Of a stretch of DNA of 32,000 nt, positions 25,897-32,000 are shown one piece after another. Within the stretch, counting starts at the first letter, position 1, and each line of letters starts with the position of its first letter. The notes under the pieces were generated by a model. That model saw only the letters and a list, made by a program, of their open reading frames with translations, was not told the origin of the DNA and ran no database searches. The DNA is from Thermofilum pendens Hrk 5 (GTDB taxonomy: Archaea; Thermoproteota; Thermoprotei; Thermofilales; Thermofilaceae), in assembly GCF_000015225.1 (NCBI RefSeq), contig NC_008698.1:570001-602000 (forward strand). The letters are read 5' to 3'. A program made the translations under genes and the position numbers.

Positions 25897-26672
25897 GGGC
25901 TCGCGGCCGAAAAGTGAAGCCGCGTCTACACCCCGGGAGGCGACACAGGCAAAGCCCCCGGGAGAGGCGCTCAACAGGTGAACCCCGCGGCCCAAAAATG
26001 AGCAATGACCCCAGACAGCCCGGCCGCGGGAGGACGGGGGAGGAGGGGGCCGAGGCGCAAGCAAAGACTAGGCCTGGGGGAGAAACCCTGCAATCCCCTG
26101 CCGCTAAAATTGAATTTTTTTCCCGCGTGTCTAACCCAACCCTCCCATCATTGGGGGCCCTCCCCGACAGGGAGGGGTTCAATGAGCCCCGCGCGCGGGG
26201 AGGCCCGGCGCGGGGCGAGGGAGGCGTAGCCCGCGGGGAGCCCCGGGGTTACGCCTCTCCGGGGCCCAGTGAGCGCCCCGGGGTGGGGAGGCCCTCCCGG
26301 GCGCGAGGGGAGCGCTTGGCCGCGGGGAGGCCCGGGCCAGGCGCTCTAGACACGCGGGGGCGGCGGGGGAGGCGGGGCTCTGGGGCCCCAGCCCCGGGCT
26401 GGGGCGTCTCTCCCCGGTTGGGGAGAGACCGGCCTAGGGGCCGATTCGTGAAGCCCGACACGATGAGCCGAAAGGTGACGGTCGCCCCTAGTAAACGACG
26501 CCGGCCTTCCCGGGGGGCCGGGCAAAGGCGGGCGAGGCCTTGGCCCCAGCGGGCCCGCCCGAGAAAGCAATCACTTCGAAGCACTCACCGCTCACGCCTC
26601 CCTCCCGCCACGCTGACCCCTGATAGCGCGCCCTCGCGGGGCGCCCCACCCGCCACGTGGAGGGTGGGTGAT
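25897..26672 (+). ncRNA. candidate large structured RNA and/or structured 5' leader (unclassified extreme-GC island)
   Basis: 149/180 G+C in 26221-26400 by my count. G>C skew on the plus strand. All frames are open but low-complexity. There are many perfect stems and an internal T7 run at 26115-26121. The strand is inferred only from G-skew, T-run and the upstream AT-rich box. Confidence 0.35.
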
Positions 26673-28124
26673 ATGAGTGAGGCCTTGATGAGGGGAAATG
26701 GAGCCGTGGGGGAGGGGGTCGAGAAGACTGTTAGGGAGGAGGTTTGGAGGCGTGCGGCTCTAAGCTTGTATGCCACCAGGACAGAGGATAAGAGGAGGTC
26801 CAGGGGTAAGAAGAAGAAGGGCGAGATACACTACCGCGGCCTGCACGATGCTGTGACCGAGGTCGACTGGGACTTTACCAGGTTCGCGGCACACGCGCTG
26901 ACCGTCGTGCCGGACGACGTCTACCCGAGGTTTTACAGGTTCATCGACATCGACGCGAGGAAGTACCTCTTGCTGAACAGCGACGAGAGGCCACGCGAAG
27001 GAAGCGCTGTGACGGAGCTCAAAGGAAGGTTGCAAGCAATAGTCGACGCCGGCGCCGACGGTCTTAGAGCTGAGAAGCATGGCAGAGTCTGGCACGTATA
27101 CATACCTAGAGAGAACTGGTATGTCGTCGTGAGCAAGCCCACTAACGGCTGGTCCGTGCACGTACCGCTGAAGGGTTACTGGGTTGAATCAGAGTTCCCG
27201 GAGGTTCTCGTGAGGACACCACCAGACGTGCTTAGAAGCCTGCAGAAAGGGTGGGTCTTAACGGATGTGACACCCCCTCGTGGACGCTTCAGCGACGTGA
27301 GTTTCGCCACGACGCAACCGTGGCAACTCCCCAGTACGCTCGCAAGCTTTCCGAGCGACGATATCAAGCTCGGCGTCACGGCGGGCATACTCGGCAGTAC
27401 CAGGCTGAGCATCCAGTGGCACGCGCGTGTCTACGGCTACGAGGAGGCGCTCTCCTGGGCTTCAAGGCTTATCGGCGAAGTTAAACGTGCAGAGTTCCGC
27501 AGGTTGGTCGAGGAGTGCAAAGCGCTCAACGGCGACCCAGTGGCTCTTTTCACTGGCTTCTTGGGGGACGGCGGGCTCGAATACTTTCTAAGGCTTAGAT
27601 GGCTCTACTTCAAGGTTGGACACGAGCTTCTCTACTTGCCGGCGGAGAGCGCCATTGTCAATGCTCGCTTGGCCGTGGAGAGGGCAAGCGAGTACGTGCG
27701 CTTTGTCTCGCTGGTAACTAAGTGTCCGAAGGTCAAACACTTCCTATACGTCGGCTACGGGATGCTGCAGAAGAGGGGCAGGAAAAACGGACAGAGAAAT
27801 AACACGTTCTATGCCGAGGTAGCGGGAGCTAGGCTACACCTAGTCTACATCTCTACGAAGAACCACGTCTACGCCCGTATCGCGGTCGAAGCTGTGCCTC
27901 AAGGCTGGGTGGAGGAGGCGCGCGCTCAAGGCTGGGACGTCCGGGTGGTTAACATGGGAGGCAGGGAGTACTACCAGGTGACTCACAGTTCTCTCTTTGA
28001 ACACGCGCGTAGCGACACAGAGCTACGCGCAACACTCCTCGCCTTCGCGAAGCACAAGGCTGAGCAGTACCCCAAGGCGCAGAGCCTCGTAGAACGCCTC
28101 GAAAAACTGGGGACAGAAGACTAA
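26673..28124 (+). CDS. 483-aa protein of a multicopy family, function unknown
   Basis: Normal composition resumes at ATG 26673, preceded by SD-like GGAGGGTGGGTGAT. The C-terminal ~195 aa are paralogous to ORF 15991..16578 and partly to 18290-18440. The track ORF start at 25914 merely runs through the GC island. Confidence 0.65.
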   Translation: MSEALMRGNGAVGEGVEKTVREEVWRRAALSLYATRTEDKRRSRGKKKKGEIHYRGLHDAVTEVDWDFTRFAAHALTVVPDDVYPRFYRFIDIDARKYLLLNSDERPREGSAVTELKGRLQAIVDAGADGLRAEKHGRVWHVYIPRENWYVVVSKPTNGWSVHVPLKGYWVESEFPEVLVRTPPDVLRSLQKGWVLTDVTPPRGRFSDVSFATTQPWQLPSTLASFPSDDIKLGVTAGILGSTRLSIQWHARVYGYEEALSWASRLIGEVKRAEFRRLVEECKALNGDPVALFTGFLGDGGLEYFLRLRWLYFKVGHELLYLPAESAIVNARLAVERASEYVRFVSLVTKCPKVKHFLYVGYGMLQKRGRKNGQRNNTFYAEVAGARLHLVYISTKNHVYARIAVEAVPQGWVEEARAQGWDVRVVNMGGREYYQVTHSSLFEHARSDTELRATLLAFAKHKAEQYPKAQSLVERLEKLGTED

Positions 28125-28164
28125 AGAGTAAGACCGGCAGGGAAAGGCGCCCGGCCCCCTCCCC
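28122..28164 (+). repeat. C-rich 3'-tail repeat of the full-length unit
   Basis: TAAAGAGTAAGACCGGCAGGGAAAGGCGCCCGGCCCCCTCCCC, starting at the ORF stop codon. Related copies lie at 16576-16617, 18438-18476 and 21121-21167 (reverse complement). Confidence 0.85.
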
Positions 28165-28175
28165 TTAGCTTGTCC

Positions 28176-28192
28176 TGAGTAAGGTTTATCTA
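28176..28192 (+). promoter_or_regulatory. duplicate copy of the EF-1alpha BRE/TATA box (function unknown)
   Basis: TGAGTAAGGTTTATCTA is identical over 17 nt to 28298-28314. The following ~80 nt loosely resemble the EF-1alpha 5' leader. Confidence 0.45.
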
Positions 28193-28297
28193 GCGCGCGT
28201 TGCGCGGCTCGCCGTAACTTACCTTGTCGTGAATTCCGCTATGGTAATGTATTGGTGCGCGGCTCCGCAGGCTCGCAGTGCCTAGTGCTACTATAGG

Positions 28298-28314
28298 TGA
28301 GTAAGGTTTATCTA
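28298..28314 (+). promoter_or_regulatory. EF-1alpha promoter (BRE/TATA)
   Basis: TGAGTAAGGTTTATCTA lies about 45 nt upstream of ATG 28356, with an SD-like GAAGGTG in the leader. Confidence 0.6.
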
Positions 28315-28355
28315 TACCGTTATTATCGTGATTTCTGCAAGCGAAGGTGTAAAGT

Positions 28356-29657
28356 ATGTCTGAGAAAAAGCCACACTTAAACCTGGTAGTGATAGGACAC
28401 ATCGACCACGGAAAAAGCACCCTAATGGGAAGACTCCTCTACGAGATAGGCGCGGTAGACCCCAGGCTGATTCAGCAGTACGAGGAGGAAGCGAAAAAGA
28501 TGGGTAGGGAGACGTGGAAGTACGCTTGGGTTCTAGACAAGCTCAAGGAGGAGAGAGAGAAGGGTATCACAATCGACCTCGGCTTCTACAAGTTCGAGAC
28601 TAAGAAGTACTTCTTCACGCTGATTGACGCGCCGGGTCACAGGGACTTCGTTAAGAACATGATAACCGGAGCTAGCCAGGCTGACGTCGCATTGCTCGTC
28701 GTATCTGCTAAGGAGGGTGAATTCGAGGCTGGCATAAGCCCTGCTGGTCAGACCAGGGAGCACGTCTTCCTGGCGAAGACGATGGGCGTAGACCAGCTGG
28801 TCGTGGCTATAAACAAGATGGACACGGTTAACTACAGCAAGGAGAGGTACGAGGAAATTAAGAACCAGCTGATAAGGTTGCTCCGAATGGTCGGCTACAA
28901 GGTGGACGAGATACCGTTCATACCGACTTCGGCGTGGGAAGGCGTGAACGTGTCCAAGAGGACCCCCGAGAAGACTCCGTGGTACGACGGGCCATGCCTC
29001 TACGAGGCGTTCGACTTCTTCAAGGAGCCTCCGAGGCCCATAGACAAGCCGCTAAGGATACCCATACAGGACGTCTACAGCATTAAAGGAGTAGGCACAG
29101 TTCCCGTTGGGAGAGTCGAGACAGGCGTACTCAAAGTTGGAGACAAGATAATCATCAACCCGCCGAAAGCAGTGGGAGAAGTCAAATCCATAGAGACCCA
29201 CCACACGCCGCTCCAGGAGGCTATACCAGGGGACAACATAGGTTTCAACGTGAAGGGCGTTGAAAAATCTCAGTTGCGGCGTGGCGACGTGGCAGGACAT
29301 ACAACGAACCCGCCGACTGTTGCGGAAGAATTCACAGGTAGGATCTTCGTCCTGTACCACCCGACGGCCATCGCGGCAGGCTACACACCGGTGCTGCACA
29401 TACACACGGCGACCGTCCCGGTAACGTTTGAGGAGCTACTTCAGAAGCTTGACCCAAGGACGGGTAGCGTTGCAGAGGAGAAGCCGCAGTACATTAAGCA
29501 GGGTGACTCCGCCATCGTAAGGTTCAAACCGAGGAAGCCGGTCGTCGTGGAGAAGTACTCTGAGTTCCCACCACTAGGCAGGTTCGCCATTAGAGACTCT
29601 GGCCGCACCATTGCTGCCGGAGTAGTAATCGACGTGAAGAAAGCCGAAGGCTATTAA
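28356..29657 (+). CDS. tuf: translation elongation factor EF-1 alpha
   Basis: 433 aa. [21 protein letters not shown] and SAWEG G-motifs, with full-length aEF1A architecture. Confidence 0.97.
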   Translation: MSEKKPHLNLVVIGHIDHGKSTLMGRLLYEIGAVDPRLIQQYEEEAKKMGRETWKYAWVLDKLKEEREKGITIDLGFYKFETKKYFFTLIDAPGHRDFVKNMITGASQADVALLVVSAKEGEFEAGISPAGQTREHVFLAKTMGVDQLVVAINKMDTVNYSKERYEEIKNQLIRLLRMVGYKVDEIPFIPTSAWEGVNVSKRTPEKTPWYDGPCLYEAFDFFKEPPRPIDKPLRIPIQDVYSIKGVGTVPVGRVETGVLKVGDKIIINPPKAVGEVKSIETHHTPLQEAIPGDNIGFNVKGVEKSQLRRGDVAGHTTNPPTVAEEFTGRIFVLYHPTAIAAGYTPVLHIHTATVPVTFEELLQKLDPRTGSVAEEKPQYIKQGDSAIVRFKPRKPVVVEKYSEFPPLGRFAIRDSGRTIAAGVVIDVKKAEGY

Positions 29658-29728
29658 CGGGTGCTAACGCTTTTCAATGGAAAAATAAATATACACCCCG
29701 GATTTTTGTGCGTTCTAGGTGGGTCGCC

Positions 29729-30037
29729 GTGCCAAGCAAGGTACGCATACGTCTGAGCAGCACGAACATCGAGGATCTAAACGCTGTTTGCGAAGAGATT
29801 CGGCAAATAGCCCAGAAGACAGGCGTGAAGATGAGGGGGCCCATACCGTTACCCGTTAAGAGAATGAGGGTTGTCACTAGGAGAGCTCCATCGGGGCAGG
29901 GTTACGAGACATTCGATAGGTTCGAGTTGAGGATTCATAAAAGGTTAATAGACTTGGACGCAGATGAGAGAGCGACTAGGCTTCTTCTACGAACACGTGT
30001 ACCTCCCACTGTGCGCGTCGAAATCGAGGTTATCTGA
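29729..30037 (+). CDS. rps10: 30S ribosomal protein S10
   Basis: [55 protein letters not shown] 29729 is preferred; 29708 is the alternative. Conserved tuf-rps10 linkage. Confidence 0.9.
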   Translation: MPSKVRIRLSSTNIEDLNAVCEEIRQIAQKTGVKMRGPIPLPVKRMRVVTRRAPSGQGYETFDRFELRIHKRLIDLDADERATRLLLRTRVPPTVRVEIEVI

Positions 30038-30205
30038 AGCTAAGCCTTGTACGTCTTCTTCAAGGTTCCTCTGCATTCTCCACTAAGCTCCAAGCGCGGA
30101 ATGGAAGATTTTCCGAAGACGTATCGTTTCTATAAACGGTCTCCAGTTGTACTCGGTAGCCGCAAACCCGGTAGCTGTATGAAGGAATGACAAGCCACTC
30201 GAGGA

Positions 30206-30218
30206 AAAGTATAAAAAC
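30206..30218 (+). promoter_or_regulatory. TATA box of the tRNA gene
   Basis: AAAGTATAAAAAC lies about 35-40 nt upstream of the tRNA 5' end. Confidence 0.5.
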
Positions 30219-30251
30219 ATGGATTCAGAGACGACTTCTGGATTAGAATTA

Positions 30252-30348
30252 GGGCCCGTAGCGCAGTCAGGAAGCGCGGCGGCCACGCCTGCAGGGCGCC
30301 GCAGTCCTAAGCCGCAGGTCCCGGGTTCGATTCCCGGCGGGCCCGCCA
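30252..30348 (+). tRNA. tRNA-Arg (anticodon CCU) with a 20-nt intron at non-canonical position 32/33 and encoded CCA
   Basis: Acceptor GGGCCCG/CGGGCCC, D arm GCGC-AGTCAGGAA-GCGC, anticodon stem GCGGC/GCCGC, T arm CCGGG-TTCGATT-CCCGG, discriminator G and CCA. Removing 30285-30304 gives the loop C-U-CCU-A-A. The intron is flanked by a bulge-helix-bulge: GCGG / CCA / CGCC-TGCAG-GGCG / CCGC / AGT. Confidence 0.85.
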
Positions 30349-30361
30349 CACGGGCGGGGTT

Positions 30362-30964
30362 CTAGTCCGCGTTTTCTATAGCTACGCGGGAGTGAGGCCC
30401 GGCGATTACTGCGCTTACACCGTACACGTCGTCGAGAATCAGCGTGAAAGGGGTGAAGTCCCCCTCTGCTATACTGTCTAGGAGTTTGACCATGTCGTCT
30501 ACCCGGGCTTCTTCGTCCAGGGTCTTCAAGCGTAGCAAGGCGTCCTTGAAGAGTTGTAGCACTCCTTCCACGTTCGTTACAAACATTTCTGCGTCAAGTC
30601 CCGGGCGTAGCTCTAGGCCTAGCTCGGGTATGAATATTCTAGCGGTAGGCGACCTAACTACCTTTATGTAGAGATCCTCCTTTTTTTCCACCCTTAAGTA
30701 CACGCGGGTGTGTCTCTGGAAGGACAGAGGCACTATGTCTGTTCTCTTATAACCGCACTTCGCGCACTTCTTCGAGACAAGCAATGTCTTTCCCAGGCTG
30801 GGCAGCATGTACTCTACTTCTCTTACCTTCAGAGGTCCGCCGCACACAGGGCAAACGTCTTCAAACTCGCCGAGCAACCTCCCGTACTCTGTCACGTTCT
30901 CTCCGTCTCCTGCTACCTGCTCGACACCTTCAACGCCACCCTCCCCGGAACTCTGGGACGACAT
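30362..30964 (-). CDS. ZPR1-type zinc-finger protein
   Basis: 200 aa. CPVCGG..(22 aa)..CAKCGY followed by a beta-rich domain, as in the archaeal single-module ZPR1 family. Confidence 0.65.
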   Translation of the reverse strand: MSSQSSGEGGVEGVEQVAGDGENVTEYGRLLGEFEDVCPVCGGPLKVREVEYMLPSLGKTLLVSKKCAKCGYKRTDIVPLSFQRHTRVYLRVEKKEDLYIKVVRSPTARIFIPELGLELRPGLDAEMFVTNVEGVLQLFKDALLRLKTLDEEARVDDMVKLLDSIAEGDFTPFTLILDDVYGVSAVIAGPHSRVAIENAD

Positions 30965-31045
30965 CCGGATCCGCCACGTGCCCCGCGCGGCGTACTTATT
31001 AAGACGAGCAAAGCTTTATTTCTCTTTGCAGGCTTTTTGACTCTC

Positions 31046-31432
31046 GTGGAGCGAGAGGATAAGGAGGTAGTCTCTAGAATGGCTAACTTGCTCAAGTCTG
31101 GTGCCACGATGCTGGAAACTCTCTGCCCTACGTGCAGGGTTCCGCTCTTCCGCTTAAAGTCAGGAGAAGTGGTATGCCCCAAGTGTGGGCAACGCTACGT
31201 GATCGTAGCGAGCGAAGAGGAAGAGCACAGAGTGAAGGTAGATCTCGTACTCCTTGGTCTTGAACAGGTTACGGTGCAGAAGATAAGTAGTCTTAGCGCC
31301 TCTCTTGCGTCCTCGGAGACCTTCGACGAGATAACCGAGGTTAGCAGAGCTATAATCACGCTCCTACAGGTGCTACAACTTTCTAGGCAGATTAGAGGTT
31401 CGGAGAAAGGTGTACAGGAGAAAGGCAAGTGA
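31046..31432 (+). CDS. UPF0148 / autoantigen-p27-like zinc-ribbon protein
   Basis: ..VVSRMANLLKSGATMLETLCPTCRVPLFRLKSGEVVCPKCG followed by a helical tail. The start is GTG 31046 (about 30 nt after AAAGCTTTATTTC) or ATG 31079 (SD-like AGGAGGT upstream). The track start 30710 is antisense to the ZPR1 gene. Confidence 0.65.
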   Translation: MEREDKEVVSRMANLLKSGATMLETLCPTCRVPLFRLKSGEVVCPKCGQRYVIVASEEEEHRVKVDLVLLGLEQVTVQKISSLSASLASSETFDEITEVSRAIITLLQVLQLSRQIRGSEKGVQEKGK

Positions 31433-32000
31433 TGAGGTTCACGTCGTATACAGCGAGGAGACATGGAGGGTCTTCAGGGAGTTACGGGAGAAGGCGCGCG
31501 TGGCATTGCGGTGCTTGGACGTGTTGCGGATACCTGTGTACGTCGTTGGCAGCGTCGCTCGGGGCGACGTCACGAGAAAGAGTGATGTTGACCTCTTTCT
31601 GGAACGATGTGTTGCCCCATCGTATGTTACCGGCTTGCTCGAGGAATGTGGATTCTTGGTCGAAAAATACGAAGTCATATGGGCTTCACCACAGACAGCA
31701 GTGAAGCTAGTGATCCACGTAGAGGATAACGTCAAGGTGACTTTACCTGTCACCGATCTTTCGCCAGCAGAGAAGGAGTTCCCCCGATTCGCGGGAAGCG
31801 TGACCTCGGAAGACGTGGACGCTGGGAGAAGGGTAGCCGGGGTGAACAAGTTCTTGAGGTTCATCGAGCCAACCGAGGATGGCCACGTAGAGTGGTCTAT
31901 ACTGGGGCGCGAGGAGGAAGTCGCGAGGAGGCTGGGCATTTCGCTGGGCACTGTTCTCGAGAGAGAAGCTATGAGGATGAAGAGGTGGGCGAGGGGGAAG
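31410..32000 (+). CDS. Pol-beta-superfamily nucleotidyltransferase domain protein (partial; continues past the window end)
   Basis: Not in the ORF track because it has no stop in the window. My translation from GTG 31410 reads ..VYVVGSVARGDVTRKSDVDLFL.. (GS-x-ARGD..DxD NTase signature) and stays open to base 32000. It overlaps the upstream gene by 23 nt. The antisense track ORF 31439..31951 is therefore spurious. Confidence 0.6.
   Translation, partial: MYRRKASDEVHVVYSEETWRVFRELREKARVALRCLDVLRIPVYVVGSVARGDVTRKSDVDLFLERCVAPSYVTGLLEECGFLVEKYEVIWASPQTAVKLVIHVEDNVKVTLPVTDLSPAEKEFPRFAGSVTSEDVDAGRRVAGVNKFLRFIEPTEDGHVEWSILGREEEVARRLGISLGTVLEREAMRMKRWARGK

Larger units (their letters stand above)
25501..28164 (+). 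mobile_element. full-length copy (copy D) of a multicopy unit: small divergent ORF + GC island + 483-aa ORF + C-rich tail; mobility mechanism unknown
   Basis: The right end is defined by comparing four tail copies (16576-16617, 18438-18476, 21121-21167 reverse complement, 28122-28164), whose flanks diverge after the C-run. The left end is approximate, from similarity of 25501-25560 to 18081-18160. No transposase or integrase motif was recognised. Confidence 0.4.

Noticed and set aside
26066-26104. Resemblance of GACTAGGCCTGGGGGAGAAACCCTGCAATCCCCTGCCGC to the 5' Alu-domain motif of archaeal SRP RNA (UAGGCCGGGGGG...UCCCCUG, from memory)
   Set aside because: The spacing differs. I find no helix-8 GGAA-tetraloop motif (AGGCCCGGAAGGGAGCA-like) or helix-6 counterpart anywhere in the island on either strand. 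The segment is immediately followed by a T-run instead of about 250 more nt of SRP RNA. This should still be tested with cmsearch.
25795-26584. Minus-strand ORFs inside the GC island (25795..26064, 25883..26182, 26249..26584, 26346..26570) and plus-strand 26005..26229
   Set aside because: They overlap one another and give Pro/Arg/Gly/Ala low-complexity translations with no start context. They are a compositional artefact of high GC.
25914-26672. N-terminal ~250 codons of the 736-aa track ORF (R/G/P-rich extension of the 483-aa protein)
   Set aside because: The frame is open only because the DNA is about 80% GC; several other frames on both strands are open too. The translation is pure low complexity, and the stretch is full of palindromic stems and contains a T7 run. 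A normal SD-like sequence plus ATG sits at 26673, where composition returns to coding-like. Translation cannot be fully excluded without proteomics.
25897-26672. RNase P RNA or group II intron identity for the GC island
   Set aside because: No GAGGAAAGUCC (CR-I) or ACAGAA-type CR-IV on either strand. No GUGYG 5' end and no domain V-like AGC...GNRA hairpin. The GAGCCGAAAGGTGACGGTC segment does not fold as domain V.
30051-30124. 8-bp inverted repeat ACGTCTTC / GAAGACGT in the S10-tRNA spacer as a possible sRNA or terminator
   Set aside because: The stem is short and the spacer about 50 nt. There are no box motifs or T-run, so it is not distinguishable from chance.
30083-30349. 88-aa minus-strand ORF
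   Set aside because: It is antisense to and overlaps the well-formed tRNA-Arg gene and its promoter, and the translation has no recognisable features.
31439-31951. 170-aa minus-strand ORF and 31429..31704 plus-strand ORF
   Set aside because: They are antisense to or out of frame with the nucleotidyltransferase reading frame, which carries a clear GS..RGD..DxD signature. Their translations are Ser/Thr/Leu-rich, as is typical of shadow ORFs.
1-32000. CRISPR arrays, rRNA genes, recognisable IS transposases or integrases
   Set aside because: No regularly spaced direct repeats, no rRNA-like conserved stretches, and no DDE, tyrosine- or serine-recombinase motifs were seen in any translated frame.

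Overview
The window looks like a hyperthermophilic crenarchaeal (TACK-type) chromosome segment; I cannot name the species from sequence alone. About 40 genes are tightly packed and mostly housekeeping. They include MetRS, a MiaB-family methylthiotransferase, SAH hydrolase and MTA phosphorylase. Also present are tRNA-splicing endonuclease, a PCNA-PriL-PriS block, TFS, CMP kinase, L34e and AspRS. Further genes are Elf1, GGGPS, Sec61beta, a UbiA-type DGGGP synthase, AglB, the L44e-S27e-aIF2alpha-Nop10 operon and EF-1alpha-S10. There is also a tRNA-Arg(CCU) with a non-canonical 20-nt bulge-helix-bulge intron at position 32/33. The unusual content is a multicopy unit of unknown nature. Its full copy (about 25501-28164) has four parts: a small divergent acidic ORF, a ~0.77-kb extreme-GC, G-skewed, hairpin-dense non-coding island (candidate large structured RNA or leader with no family I can assign), a 483-aa ORF of unknown family, and a C-rich 3' tail. 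Three decayed relatives lie in the same window: a 5'-truncated copy (15968-16617), an internally deleted copy that appears to keep both ends (18081-18476), and a solo inverted tail (21121-21167). Each tail ends just upstream of the promoter of a co-oriented host gene. Secondary points of interest are a membrane protein / deviant RecA-like ATPase / RuvC-like operon, a SWIM protein coupled to aspS and followed by an RPA-like multi-OB protein, a duplicated EF-1alpha promoter, and (CG)n runs concentrated next to TATA boxes. All calls come from reading the sequence and ORF translations by eye; no database search was possible.
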